A stretch of DNA of 64,000 bases from Candidatus Binatia bacterium (GCA_963666315.2 CAXXHG010000035.1:1-64000); one strand, 5' to 3'. Positions 8,863 to 19,226 are shown, counted from the stretch's first letter. Notes: generated from the sequence alone by a model not told the origin. Numbers and translations are program-made.

Positions 8863-10941
8863 TTAATCGGACTTCGTCAAAACCAGGCTTCCATATGCAT
8901 CCCGACCGATAGCCCAGCCCGGTGGGACCACAACCGTGGTATCAGGCTCCTCAATAATGAGCGGGCCGTTCTGAATATCGGAAATATCGGCCCTGCGACA
9001 CACCGTCGTCTTCAACAGACCGTGACGTGGACCGAAGAAGGCGTCTCTTGGCTCGCTTTGGGTGCTCGGATCGGACGAGGCCGCAGCCCGAGCGCCCAGG
9101 TCTGCAAAACGCATATCCCCGACTGTGGCCAAGGCCCTGAGCCGGAGACTGACGAGTTCAATCGGGTCGTTCGTATTATAGCCAAATGCCTGTTGGTGGG
9201 CCTCACGGTAACGCGTCGCCAGTTGTTCCAGCAGGTCTCCCGTGTCAGTGCTGGAGGGGAAAGGGATTGTTAACTCCTGGAGCTGGTAGTCGTATTTGAG
9301 ATCCACGTAGTGCTCGAAGCGTACGCCTTCATCCGGAATCCCTTCTCCGCGCATAGTCTCCCGAGCGACAGCCTGCATGTGTTCATACTGCTCTAGAATA
9401 GTGCCCGGATTGATCTCGGTCAGCGGAGTCACGATGCTGCGGATGTAGTCATGACGGTAATCGGCGAGTAACAGCCCCAAGGCGCTGAACAGGCCTGGAA
9501 ACACTGGAACCAGCACCTTGGCAATCTCCATGTCGTCGGCCAGGGCAGCCGCATGAATGGGTCCCGCGCCACCAAAGGACACCAGCGTGTAGTCGCGCGG
9601 ATCGCGTCCGCGCTCGGTGGACACCGCCCGCAAGGCACGCATCATGGCCGAATTGGCAATCTGGGTAATACCGTGCGCTGCCGCATGCGTATCCAGCCCG
9701 AGTGGGTCGGCAATCTGAGTCTTGATTGCCTCCCAGGCAGCTTGGCGGTCGATACGCATCGTCGCTTTAGCGATGCTGTGGGGATTAATATAGCCATTCA
9801 CTACGTTGGCATCGGTCACTGTGGGTTTGCTGCCGCCGCGCGCATAGCAGGCTGGTCCGGGCTCGGCGCCGGCACTGTACGGTCCGACCCGCAGGGCGCC
9901 GCCGTCGTCTATCCAGGCAATACTCCCACCGCCAGCACCGACCTCTACGATGTCGAGCGAGGGAACACGCAACGCATGTCCACCTTTATAGAACTGGTGA
10001 GTGCTCACGTTGCCACCGCCGCCGATTTCGCCCGCCGCTTTTTCGGCCGGCAGTCCGTCTTCAATAAGACACGCTTTGGCTGTGGTGCCACCCATGTCGA
10101 ACGACAGGACCTTGTCTAAGCCCGTCTCCTTGCCCAGGCGTGCCGCGGCCAACACGCCAGCGGCGGGTCCTGATTCAATCATGAAAGCCGGCCTTTGTCG
10201 GGCGACTTCCGACGACATGATGCCGCCGTTGGACTGCATCACGAGCAGTCTGGCGCTGTAGGCTGACAGATGGTGCTCGAGTTGATCCAGATAGCGATTG
10301 ACCACTGGAATCAAGGATGCGTTGATCACCGTGGTGCTGGCGCGTTCGTACTCACGAATCTGTGGATAAATATCAGAGGATAGGCACACGATGGCTTTGG
10401 AGCCCAGCTCGGACTGTATCAGTTGACCGACTTCCTGCTCATGGGCCGGATTCAGATAGGAATTAATCAGACACACGGCAATCGTCTCAATATGCTGCGC
10501 TGCGAGGGTGCGAATGACCTGGCGTGTTTCCTCAACATCAATCGGCCGTTCGATGGTTCCGTCCCCCAGGATGCGTTCGCTCAATTCCAGACGCAGCCGA
10601 CGCGGAACGAGTGGCGGAGTTCTGACCCAGTTCGGGTCTTGGAGATTGGGGCGCCTTTCTCCCCGCATTTCCAGATCGTCGCGGAAGCCGCGAGTAGTAA
10701 TATACCCAGTCGGCGCGGTTGTCCCCTCGATGACGGCATTCGAGGCGATAGTCGTGCCGTGTACAAAATTATCGATGTGTCCGATTGTGTCTCCGACAGT
10801 GTCGGATTGACGAATATGGGCAACGATGTCTTCTCCAATCCGGTCAAGCAGGGATAGCACTTTGGCAGTTTCTATCTGCCCGTCGTCCCTCAGTACGATC
10901 ACGTCGGTAAACGTTCCGCCAATATCAAATCCAACCCGCAT
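8863..10941 (-). CDS. Hydantoinase A/oxoprolinase family ATP-binding subunit
   Basis: GFDIGGTFTD, HGTTIASNA, EYERASTT, ESGPAAG, DMGGTT, GAGGGSIA, SAGAEPGPACY, FGGAGPIH. Confidence 0.95.
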   Translation of the reverse strand: MRVGFDIGGTFTDVIVLRDDGQIETAKVLSLLDRIGEDIVAHIRQSDTVGDTIGHIDNFVHGTTIASNAVIEGTTAPTGYITTRGFRDDLEMRGERRPNLQDPNWVRTPPLVPRRLRLELSERILGDGTIERPIDVEETRQVIRTLAAQHIETIAVCLINSYLNPAHEQEVGQLIQSELGSKAIVCLSSDIYPQIREYERASTTVINASLIPVVNRYLDQLEHHLSAYSARLLVMQSNGGIMSSEVARQRPAFMIESGPAAGVLAAARLGKETGLDKVLSFDMGGTTAKACLIEDGLPAEKAAGEIGGGGNVSTHQFYKGGHALRVPSLDIVEVGAGGGSIAWIDDGGALRVGPYSAGAEPGPACYARGGSKPTVTDANVVNGYINPHSIAKATMRIDRQAAWEAIKTQIADPLGLDTHAAAHGITQIANSAMMRALRAVSTERGRDPRDYTLVSFGGAGPIHAAALADDMEIAKVLVPVFPGLFSALGLLLADYRHDYIRSIVTPLTEINPGTILEQYEHMQAVARETMRGEGIPDEGVRFEHYVDLKYDYQLQELTIPFPSSTDTGDLLEQLATRYREAHQQAFGYNTNDPIELVSLRLRALATVGDMRFADLGARAAASSDPSTQSEPRDAFFGPRHGLLKTTVCRRADISDIQNGPLIIEEPDTTVVVPPGWAIGRDAYGSLVLTKSD

Positions 10942-11123
10942 GTGTGTGCGCCTTTGTGTTTGATTGTTGTTTGCTTCACTGGCCGGTCAGGTATGTATCC
11001 TCGACCATGCCTATCAGTGATATTCCCCCGAAGCGCGTCTAGACCCACCTGCGCGAGATAAAGTGACACTGTTGCAAAACTCCTAGCTCGTGTCTTCAGA
11101 GCATGACCAGGGGCCAGTCGTGT

Positions 11124-11180
11124 CCGGTAGGGTGCGCCCTTCGCACCAAGCAGAATGGTGCTGAGGCTGCACCCTACGGG
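11124..11180. repeat. REP-like palindromic element
   Basis: GTAGGGTGC...GCACCCTAC inverted arms with an internal GCACCA/TGGTGC hairpin, intergenic between hyuB-like and hyuA-like genes. Confidence 0.6.
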
Positions 11181-11288
11181 AAGAAGAGCGGGAGAGAGAG
11201 GCATTGGGTAACAGGATCATTTATGTCCGGGTGATGGTGAGGATAATCACGAACAGCGTGAAATTGTGCGAAACTCTTGTTGTCTACT

Positions 11289-13025
11289 TCAATCCGCCAC
11301 AGCAGCCAAATCCTGCCCCTGCCTCAGAGCGAGCGTGCCTTCGTGGTCGAGGGTCAAGGTCTCCGGATCGATGACGACGCCGTAGACCTCGCGTGCCCGG
11401 TCCACTGAGATCTTCCCCTCGGTAACATCGAATACGACCAATTCGGTGTCCCGCTCGTAGGCTACACCATAGCCACCAGAGCCATGGACTTTATGGTAGA
11501 TCCGATCGCCTGGCTGGACGTGGAGGTGCACGTGGGCTTGCGGGGGCAGTACGGTCTTTTTCTCGCCTGACCAGTGGATGTTCACCGCGTCTCCGCCCTG
11601 TCCACCTCCGGCTAAACCTTTCGCACCGCGCAGGCCCACCGTGCGCAGCAGGACCTCAGCCGGCTGTCGAAAACGCCACTCCCGATACACGGACACGGAT
11701 CCGCGATATTGGCCCGCGCCTTCGGTGTCGGGCACAAAGCCAAACCCCTCAATCGTGACCGGATACTCATGTTCCAACAGTTCCGCCGGCATCGAACCAT
11801 AACCCCCGCCCATGATCAGCGGTGATGCACCGTCGATGCCATCCACGTGTGGGCGTCCGCCCCAACCGCCAAAGAATACGTCCATAAAAGACTGATATTT
11901 ACCCTCAGTGTGAGAGTTGAAGTGCAGCATGTCGGCACCCTCGCCCACCCCGCCGAGCTTTCCTGGCAGGGCCTTGGCGATGGCTCGATACACCATATTG
12001 CTGAGCGCCATCATGAGCGAAGCGCGCCCGCCCACCGCCGCCGGATAACGCGGATTCAGTAATGTCCCGGACGGTACTATAACGTCAATCGCCCGTGCGA
12101 AGCCGCTATTCGTAATCACGTCGCTGGGCACGATCGACTTGAACGGCGAGCGCGTCATGGCTTTGGTCGATACCAATGGTGCGTTAATGGACGCGTTGAC
12201 CTGCGGGGGAGTGGACGACAAATCAATGGTGGCGTGGTCGTCTTCGATCCGGATCACCACGTCCAGCAGGACTGGACCGTCCGTCACCTCATTTTCATCC
12301 TCGAATAGCAGCTCTTCCCGATACTCACCCGAAGGAATTTGTTGAATGGCTTTTCTGGTGGCGCGTTCGGCGGACTCGACCAGGTAGGCGCAGGTCGCAT
12401 TGAATTGCTCCAGACCATATTTATCGATCAGCTTGGCAAGCTGCTTCTGGCCTTTCCAGCAACTGGCCACCTTTGCGTCAACGTCTCCCTCCCATTCTTC
12501 AGGTGTACGTACATTCGACACGATCAGCTCAATTAGGGTGTCATTGCGTTTCCCCGCGTCATATAGCTTCAGCATCGAAATGCGGATGCCTTCCTCAAAG
12601 CTGGATTGGCACAGGCTGGAAATACCCCCCGCAAAGCGACCGCCGACATCGGTATGGTGCGAGTACGAAATCAAAAAGCCGGCGAGCTGTCCGTTCCAAA
12701 AGGCCGGCGCGATCAAGGTGATATCCGGCATATGGGAAATACCGCAGTAGGGGTCATTGGCAATGATGATATCGCCAGGCTGAAGTGTATCCCCGTGCTT
12801 GGCCAGAACATTCTCCATGGTGTCGATAAAGACACACATCTGATACGGAGAGCCTCCCTCTCCGACGAGGCGACCGTGACGATCGCACACCGCCGTGGCG
12901 AAATCGCCGACTTTACACATGCCCGAGCGACCGGTCCGATACACGGTCAGCGCCATCTCCTCGGTGATCGCCGCAATTTGGTTTCTGATGACTTCGACTA
13001 AAATCGGATCAAACGGTCGCGCCAT
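11289..13025 (-). CDS. Hydantoinase B/oxoprolinase family protein
   Basis: FDPILVEVIRNQI, NDPYCGISHMPD, HHTDVGG, EEGIRI, GSGGYG. Start moved to ATG 13025 behind GGAGG. Confidence 0.93.
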   Translation of the reverse strand: MARPFDPILVEVIRNQIAAITEEMALTVYRTGRSGMCKVGDFATAVCDRHGRLVGEGGSPYQMCVFIDTMENVLAKHGDTLQPGDIIIANDPYCGISHMPDITLIAPAFWNGQLAGFLISYSHHTDVGGRFAGGISSLCQSSFEEGIRISMLKLYDAGKRNDTLIELIVSNVRTPEEWEGDVDAKVASCWKGQKQLAKLIDKYGLEQFNATCAYLVESAERATRKAIQQIPSGEYREELLFEDENEVTDGPVLLDVVIRIEDDHATIDLSSTPPQVNASINAPLVSTKAMTRSPFKSIVPSDVITNSGFARAIDVIVPSGTLLNPRYPAAVGGRASLMMALSNMVYRAIAKALPGKLGGVGEGADMLHFNSHTEGKYQSFMDVFFGGWGGRPHVDGIDGASPLIMGGGYGSMPAELLEHEYPVTIEGFGFVPDTEGAGQYRGSVSVYREWRFRQPAEVLLRTVGLRGAKGLAGGGQGGDAVNIHWSGEKKTVLPPQAHVHLHVQPGDRIYHKVHGSGGYGVAYERDTELVVFDVTEGKISVDRAREVYGVVIDPETLTLDHEGTLALRQGQDLAAVAD

Positions 13026-13053
13026 GCATCCTCCCTGGCTCGTTCCTGTACCG

Positions 13054-13503
13054 CTAGCCCTCATTCTCCGGACCAGAAGAGTCGGTCGTGATCCGGCGTG
13101 ACTTGAACTTCCACTCCCCATCGACTTTGGCGTACTCGTCGTTATACCAACCTCTCATTTCCCACTTTTTGCCCTCTCGTTTCATGTGGACCTCCACATA
13201 ACACGTCCCCTTGGCCTGATCTGGCCCAAGCAGCTCGATCACATGGTTATGGATGAATGGCCGCGGCTTCATTTGGTCCAACCCACTACTGATCATCTTG
13301 CGCAATCCCTCTCGTCCCTGCGCGCCCGGCAGGTTGGGATCGTCGATCGAGAACGAGCCGTCTTCGGTAAAGAGGTTGACGTATCCGTCCAAGTCTTGTT
13401 GCCACACGCAGTGGCAATACTGCAGGGGCAGATTGCGAATCGCTTCCCGATCAATCATGTCCCGCAATTCTTGCATTTGGGCTTCAGTACTCTTGTCTGC
13501 CAT
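13054..13503 (-). CDS. SnoaL/NTF2-like protein
   Basis: DREAIRNLPLQYCHCVW..LFTEDG..HNHVIEL..YNDEYAKVDGEWKFKSR; RBS GGAGG. Confidence 0.88.
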   Translation of the reverse strand: MADKSTEAQMQELRDMIDREAIRNLPLQYCHCVWQQDLDGYVNLFTEDGSFSIDDPNLPGAQGREGLRKMISSGLDQMKPRPFIHNHVIELLGPDQAKGTCYVEVHMKREGKKWEMRGWYNDEYAKVDGEWKFKSRRITTDSSGPENEG

Positions 13504-13544
13504 ATGGTCCTCCTTTTTGGTTGGCATCGTATTGTAGTAGTAGC

Positions 13545-13575
13545 GTAGGTCGGATTAGCGTAGCGTAATCCGACA
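13545..13575. repeat. REP-like palindrome (GTAGGTCGGATTAGCGTAGCGTAATCCGAC)
   Basis: Inverted repeat GTCGGATTA/TAATCCGAC with a GTAG head. A related copy lies on the opposite strand at 19242-19272. Confidence 0.65.
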
Positions 13576-13585
13576 CCACACTCCG

Positions 13586-14386
13586 TCACTCCGGCATAAA
13601 CGAAGGACTGCCCGTCTTAGCGGTTTGACCACCGTCGGCAACAAACGCAGCGCCCGTCACAAACGAAGCCAAGTTAGAGGCCAGGAACAGGATGACATTT
13701 GCCATTTCTTCCGGCTTCCCCAGCCGGCCCATCGGGATGACCTGATCGAATTTCTCCGCAAATCCCGGCTGCTCCAACGCGGGCGCAATCAGCGGTGTGT
13801 CTATTGCACCGGGACAAATGCAATTGGCCCGGATGCCGTGGCGCGCGTATTCTATAGCAACAACACGGGTGAGATTGATCACGCCGGCCTTGGCTGCGTT
13901 ATACGCGGCAATACCGTAGTCGGCTCGCAGGCCAGAGATCGACGCGGTGTTCACAATTGCGCCACCGCCGTTTTGACGCATGACCGGGATGGCCTTTTTC
14001 ATAGCGCGAAAGACAGAAGATAAACCTAGACCAATCATATGATCCCAGATGTCGTCAGCTAGGTCGGCTACGCGTGCGGCCACTTCGTTAGTTCCCTGCG
14101 GACTGGCCAGACCAAAGGCGTTGTTATGCAGAAAATCGAGTCGGCCAAACTCGTCCGTAATCCGTGCCAGCATCATGTCGAGATCAGCTTGCTTGGTGAC
14201 ATCGGCGATGATGGCAATAGCTTTTCCGCCTGCCGCAGTGATTTCAGACACAACCTTGTTTGCATTCGCCTCATTAAAATCAGCAACTCCGACCGCGCCA
14301 CCACGCTGGGCGAACCCAATTGCGGTCGCGCGTCCAATGCCAGAGGCGGCTCCAGTCACTAATCCAACTTTGCCAGTAAAATCCAT
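13586..14386 (-). CDS. SDR family NAD(P)-dependent oxidoreductase
   Basis: TGAASGIG, NNA, YNAAK, CPGAIDT, DGG. Alternative GTG start at 14413. Confidence 0.93.
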   Translation of the reverse strand: MDFTGKVGLVTGAASGIGRATAIGFAQRGGAVGVADFNEANANKVVSEITAAGGKAIAIIADVTKQADLDMMLARITDEFGRLDFLHNNAFGLASPQGTNEVAARVADLADDIWDHMIGLGLSSVFRAMKKAIPVMRQNGGGAIVNTASISGLRADYGIAAYNAAKAGVINLTRVVAIEYARHGIRANCICPGAIDTPLIAPALEQPGFAEKFDQVIPMGRLGKPEEMANVILFLASNLASFVTGAAFVADGGQTAKTGSPSFMPE

Positions 14387-14412
14387 TTCTCTATTCCCCT
14401 GATCAATCGCCA

Positions 14413-15531
14413 CTATGCTAAATTGAAGACGCGGGCGCCATTATCCCAAAACAGCTTTCGCTTAGACTCTTCCGGAATAGGCTGGTCGAGCATGGCTTTC
14501 ACTCCCCACGGAAAAGTGCCGTCCGGATGCGGATAGTCGGAATCCCAGGTGAAATTATCGTCGCCGACCAATTCGACTGCCGCCTTCATGGTCGGTTCGT
14601 CACCACGGAAGGCCACACATATATTGCTACGAAAGTATTCGGTCGGCCGCCGGGTGAGGTATTCGTGCTCAGCGTTCCCGCTGAAGTCCCAATGCTGCTC
14701 CATACGTTGCAGCCAGTACGGGGTCCAGCCGCCGTCTCCCTCGACGTGAATGACTTTGAACTGAGGGAACTTCTCGAAAATGCCAAACCAGATCAGGCCT
14801 GCCATGGCGGCCATGGCTTCAAACGGATGTGACAGAATATGGCCGCTGGTATGCGTATCCATACGGTCGCCAAACGACGGCACAGACGAAGACGCCGAGT
14901 CGTGGGTTGAGATGGGTTTACCGATCTTCTCAATCTCGGCCCACAGCGGGTGATAGTCTTCGTGCCACAACGTGCGGCCGCCGACTGGGTTCGGACGCAT
15001 ATAATAGCTGACACAGCCTTTCTCAGACGCGCGCTGCGCTTCTTTGATGGCTTCTTCTGGTTCCTGCATGGGCAGGGCGGCCGCCCAACGCAACCGCTCG
15101 GGCGCCTCGGCCGTATAGTCAGCCGCCCAGTTGTTATAGGCGCGACAGCAGGCGGCCAGCAGCTTGGTGTCACGGAACTCGCGGCCCAGCATCTGACCGG
15201 TGAAGGTCGGATAGAGAATTTGGACGTCCACGCCTTGCTCGTCCATATCCTGGATACGACTCTTGGCATTAAAGCCAGTGCCTTTGGCTCGGTCAAAGCG
15301 GTCCATGGCCTTATACGCAGCCTTGAGAAATGCTTTGGCGGCCATGGGGTATTTGCCCTTTTCACGCGTAAACGACTCACCCTCGACGAGAAAGGTGCGG
15401 CGTCCCGACCCCGGCGCGTCACCCATCCTCGGAGCCTCTGACTTGTAGGCGTCCTCCATGTGACGCTCCCATAACCAATCGGGTTCCATCATGTGCGAGT
15501 CCGTATCAACAATTTTGAATCCGTCGCGCAT
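14413..15531 (-). CDS. Amidohydrolase_2 family protein
   Basis: DTDSHMMEP, DMDEQGVDVQILYPT, RAYNNW, DSDYPHPD. Confidence 0.92.
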   Translation of the reverse strand: MRDGFKIVDTDSHMMEPDWLWERHMEDAYKSEAPRMGDAPGSGRRTFLVEGESFTREKGKYPMAAKAFLKAAYKAMDRFDRAKGTGFNAKSRIQDMDEQGVDVQILYPTFTGQMLGREFRDTKLLAACCRAYNNWAADYTAEAPERLRWAAALPMQEPEEAIKEAQRASEKGCVSYYMRPNPVGGRTLWHEDYHPLWAEIEKIGKPISTHDSASSSVPSFGDRMDTHTSGHILSHPFEAMAAMAGLIWFGIFEKFPQFKVIHVEGDGGWTPYWLQRMEQHWDFSGNAEHEYLTRRPTEYFRSNICVAFRGDEPTMKAAVELVGDDNFTWDSDYPHPDGTFPWGVKAMLDQPIPEESKRKLFWDNGARVFNLA

Positions 15532-15621
15532 AGTCTATTCCCTCCGATTTTGGTTGCCCTTGTTAATATCCGTTCAGGGAGTCGTTTGTCATCACCTGTG
15601 CCATCACCTTGGAGTGCATGT

Positions 15622-16809
15622 TCAGCCTTTAGGCAGCCTGAGCACCCGTTCGCCGATGATATTATGCTGAATTTCGTTGGTGCCGGCCGCGATCGTACTG
15701 CGCCGTGCCGCCAGCATTCGGTGTGACCATTTGCCGCGGTCAATGGCGCCACTGGCCTGATATTCGAACTGGCTATAAGGCCCCAACAGCTCCATGGCAA
15801 ACTCCTGCATACGCAGGTTCAGACCACTCGTGCCCAGTTTCATGATGGACCCTTCCGGCCCAGGTGGGAGTCCTTTGAGCTGGCTGGTGAGCTGACGAAA
15901 ACTGGTGTACTTGAGGGCCGCAGCCTCGCACGCAAAGCCGGCCAGACTTTGCCGCACATAGCTATCCTCCCAAGCTGGGCGGCCGCCACGGTCCACTTTT
16001 TTTGCTAATTCGGCCAGCTGTCTGACCTCGACCATCATGTCGGTGCGTCCGCCGTGTATCGTCCGCTCGAACATCATGTTGGTCATGGCGACCCTCCAGC
16101 CCTCGTTTTTCCGGCCAACGAGATTGGCCATCGGGACCTGGACGTCGTCAAAAAATACTTGGTTGAAGCCACTCTCCCCGGTCATCTGCACCAGCGGCCG
16201 CACGGTGATGCCCGGGCTCTTCATATCGACCAGGAGATAACTGAGTCCTTTATGCTTAGGCACATCAGGGTCGGTCCGACACAGCAGCGTGCTGAAGTCA
16301 GCCCGGTGGGCGTTTGAGGTCCAGACCTTGGCGCCATTGACGAGGAAGTGGTCGCCCTGGTCGACGGCGCGTGTCTGGACTGCGGCGAGGTCGGAGCCGT
16401 GGTCTGGCTCCGACAGGCCCTGGCACCAGATTTCCTCAGCCGGTGGAATCTTGGGGATATAGCGCTGCTTCTGCTCCGGGGTGCCCCATTGCATGAGGGT
16501 TGGACCCACCCGCGCGATGCCCTGAAAATTGACCGTCGGCGGTGCTTTGGCGCGGTCGAGTTCCTGATTGTAAATAACTTGCTGTATCAGGCTCGCGCCG
16601 CGGCCACCAAACTCCTGGGGCCAGTGGATACACATCCAGCCATTGTCGTATAGCTGGCGATGCCAGGCACGACGGCGCTCGAACTCCTCCGTGGTGTCAG
16701 GATCGTGTAATTCTTCGTCGTCCCGCCAGTCGTGGGGGATGTTCTTTTCGAGCCAACTTCTAAATTCCTGCCGAAAGGCCTCATCTTGTGAGCTGAATTT
16801 GAAATCCAT
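15622..16809 (-). CDS. Acyl-CoA dehydrogenase family protein
   Basis: WCQGLSEPDHGSDLA, NGAKVWTS, FNQVFFDDV, IAAGTNEIQHNIIGERVL. Confidence 0.95.
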   Translation of the reverse strand: MDFKFSSQDEAFRQEFRSWLEKNIPHDWRDDEELHDPDTTEEFERRRAWHRQLYDNGWMCIHWPQEFGGRGASLIQQVIYNQELDRAKAPPTVNFQGIARVGPTLMQWGTPEQKQRYIPKIPPAEEIWCQGLSEPDHGSDLAAVQTRAVDQGDHFLVNGAKVWTSNAHRADFSTLLCRTDPDVPKHKGLSYLLVDMKSPGITVRPLVQMTGESGFNQVFFDDVQVPMANLVGRKNEGWRVAMTNMMFERTIHGGRTDMMVEVRQLAELAKKVDRGGRPAWEDSYVRQSLAGFACEAAALKYTSFRQLTSQLKGLPPGPEGSIMKLGTSGLNLRMQEFAMELLGPYSQFEYQASGAIDRGKWSHRMLAARRSTIAAGTNEIQHNIIGERVLRLPKG

Positions 16810-16823
16810 ACCGGCTGCCTTTC

Positions 16824-17216
16824 TTATCCGATCTTGAAAGCGCCTTCGCTATCGAGCTGGGTGAGGATTTGCATCCAAAAACCAAACGTAACGCCTCCGC
16901 CAGGAATCGCCGCAGATTGTCCGGCTTCGAACAATTCACGCTTTGTGGCGCCATGCTCTAATGCCCGTTTGAGATGGGCTACAGCTCCTTCCTTGCGTCC
17001 GGAGAATGCCAGAATGCCGGTCATAATCATCTCGCGGTATTTGACTGGGAGGGCCTGTCCTTCTTTGGTGCCTTGCTCCGTGTACGCCCTGAATGCCTTG
17101 AAATAGTCCGCATCTTGTTGCGCCATCCAATCGAGAAACGCATAGAGTTGCGGGTCAGCTTCTGTATACGAACTCGTTGCGGTCTTCACGGCTGAATAAT
17201 TCTGCGATGTACTCAT
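16824..17216 (-). CDS. Carboxymuconolactone decarboxylase (CMD/AhpD-like) family protein
   Basis: LPVKYREMI..HLKRALEHGATKRELFE. Start set at ATG 17216 behind AGGAG. Confidence 0.8.
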   Translation of the reverse strand: MSTSQNYSAVKTATSSYTEADPQLYAFLDWMAQQDADYFKAFRAYTEQGTKEGQALPVKYREMIMTGILAFSGRKEGAVAHLKRALEHGATKRELFEAGQSAAIPGGGVTFGFWMQILTQLDSEGAFKIG

Positions 17217-17369
17217 CGTGTTCTCCTTGTGTCCTCCCTTTTCTTCCGCCATACCATCTCGCGTCGCTGTGGCCAAGAGATTGGCTTTCATCTTACCCAG
17301 CATTGAGATCAACGTTTCGTTTGATATTCCCCCGCTGCCTGCTACGGTATGCCCAGAGAGGGAGGTAAT

Positions 17370-17798
17370 ATGCGACTCTGTACTCATCATCAGCTATGGC
17401 TTTGGAGCAGTTTTCTGCTGATTCTCTTTGGGTTGAGTGGCGGTGTGGCGGCAGCCGCGGGACAGGGCTGGGAGCGGTATAGCCATGAGTCAACGCTGGA
17501 AGTGCTGACCATTGATTCCGAGGGGGAAGAGCATTGGTCCGCATTCTGGCTGGTGGTGCTAGACGGCCAGTGCTACCTACGGCTGGGGACCCGCGGCGCC
17601 GAGCGCATCGAGAGGAATACCAAGCAACCTCACGTCTCTATCAAGATCGCAGGACAGAGATCCGATCAGGTACTGGTCATTCGAGCTCCCGAGATGGCCG
17701 AGGCAGTCGCCGCAGCCATGGCGGAGAAGTATTGGTCAGATCTGTACGTACGATATTTCCCACATCCGATGACCGTCCGGCTCGAAATGGGAGAGTAG
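17370..17798 (+). CDS. Exported split-barrel protein (DUF2255/deazaflavin-dependent nitroreductase-like)
   Basis: Signal-peptide-like N-terminus, then LEVLT..GEEHW..WLVVLDG..YLR..NTKQPHV..AMAEKY; RBS GGAGG. Confidence 0.6.
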   Translation: MRLCTHHQLWLWSSFLLILFGLSGGVAAAAGQGWERYSHESTLEVLTIDSEGEEHWSAFWLVVLDGQCYLRLGTRGAERIERNTKQPHVSIKIAGQRSDQVLVIRAPEMAEAVAAAMAEKYWSDLYVRYFPHPMTVRLEMGE

Positions 17799-17826
17799 GG
17801 AGAGGCGTTGCTTAAGGAAATGCTCG

Positions 17827-18140
17827 GTGAAAAAGTCTAAATCAATCGTTGCAAACGACGCGGCTGAGCTTGCCGATATCCTTGGCCTTTCTTCAGTTGA
17901 TGGTGTAGAGATTCAGCTCAGGGGTGATCTGGACGACAAGATTTGAGGCTGTAAATAAAGCGGGGCTCACCCATGTGCAGGTTGCCAAACTGGCACGGAC
18001 GTCTCGTTCGCGGACTACCGCTATCCTCAACCGTAATACGAAAGACGTTTCCACGGATCTGATGTTGCGTATCCTGGCGAGCTTAGGCTACCGGGCCAAG
18101 GTGACCTTTTCACGGGCAGCGAAGAGCGGTCGATCCTGCG
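17827..18140 (+). pseudogene. HigA-like XRE antitoxin (HTH_37), frameshifted
   Basis: ELADILGL.. followed by a frameshift near 17943, then GLTHVQVAKLARTSRSRTTAILN..STDLMLRIL. Confidence 0.7.
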
Positions 18141-19226
18141 TTACCCATCCTCCCGCCACTCCAGCCAGCGCCCGTGGGAGTGAGCGTTGGCAACATGTCG
18201 TTTGCTATAGCTGCCTTTGTTGAAGTCCCGGATGAGGAGCTGGCTCCAGCCTTCTGGGAGTTCGTCCATAATGATGACGGATACGGGCCGGGAGGCTGAG
18301 AACTCAGTCAGCAGAGTCCACAAAGCTTTACGCGCTTCGGGTGTGAACTGGTTAAGCACCCTTGACGCGTACAGGCATAAGCACGAATCGGCTGGGGCCT
18401 GTGACAACAGAGCTGGCAGATGGGTCAGTGCATCGCCCGTGACGATAGGGACAGGATGTTCCCGTGCGACGCGAGCGGCGGCTTCAATTGTTTGCTGTCG
18501 ATGTAGATGTTCCGGAAAGATGAGCGCGCGTAGCCAGCGCATGGCATCCGTATCGGTCACGTCGATAGGATTAAGGTCGATACCCGTACGCCACTCGATA
18601 CGCAGATCTTCGGGCAGGGGAGGGAGCGGAACTGTTCCCCGGACTTGTGTTGAAAGATGAACGGGCGAGTTCTCATCTCCCCACTCCGTGTGTTGGCCCG
18701 ACGGATACTCATAGCGATGATGGTAGCGATCCCAATGTAAATTCAATCCCGCGCTTGTTCCGATTTCAATTAATGACAGCGGCAGATTTCCTGCCTCCCT
18801 CGCTATGAGGGCGAAGATGGGCAATAGGCAAGTCGTGCGACGGACGACGTTTGTTTGGACTAAACGTGTGGCAATCAGCTTTCGGATCGTATCGACATGG
18901 GTCCGGACAAAATCTTGAAAGAGGGGATATGTCTCTTGGGCTGGTGTGCGTGGTGTCTTTTCCGATGCAACGACGTCCGGGTAGAAATCACGCAAAGGAT
19001 GCTGAATCCCACCAAGCAGTAGGTAATGTACGGACGCAAACAATATGTTTGCCGATAGCTGTGAGGGCGGACAGCCGGCGGCTAGCTGCAGCATGTCGGG
19101 GTCATCAAGTACGCCCAAGCATAGAGTGTGGTAGACCGGGGAGCCGGCTTCGGGTGCCTGGCGGAGGCCGAAGTTTTGGAAATAGGCGCGGACCTTGTCG
19201 AGATCGCTGGTTGGCTGAGCAGGCAT
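18141..19226 (-). CDS. DUF2332 family protein
   Basis: SPVY, VQTN..RR, EIGTSAGLNLHWDRY, GIDLNPID, AHSHGRWLEW. Confidence 0.85.
   Translation of the reverse strand: MPAQPTSDLDKVRAYFQNFGLRQAPEAGSPVYHTLCLGVLDDPDMLQLAAGCPPSQLSANILFASVHYLLLGGIQHPLRDFYPDVVASEKTPRTPAQETYPLFQDFVRTHVDTIRKLIATRLVQTNVVRRTTCLLPIFALIAREAGNLPLSLIEIGTSAGLNLHWDRYHHRYEYPSGQHTEWGDENSPVHLSTQVRGTVPLPPLPEDLRIEWRTGIDLNPIDVTDTDAMRWLRALIFPEHLHRQQTIEAAARVAREHPVPIVTGDALTHLPALLSQAPADSCLCLYASRVLNQFTPEARKALWTLLTEFSASRPVSVIIMDELPEGWSQLLIRDFNKGSYSKRHVANAHSHGRWLEWREDG

Noticed and set aside
17944-17946. TGA in the HigA-like gene as a further Sec codon
   Set aside because: The HTH continues in a different frame, so this is a frameshift, and no Cys is expected there.
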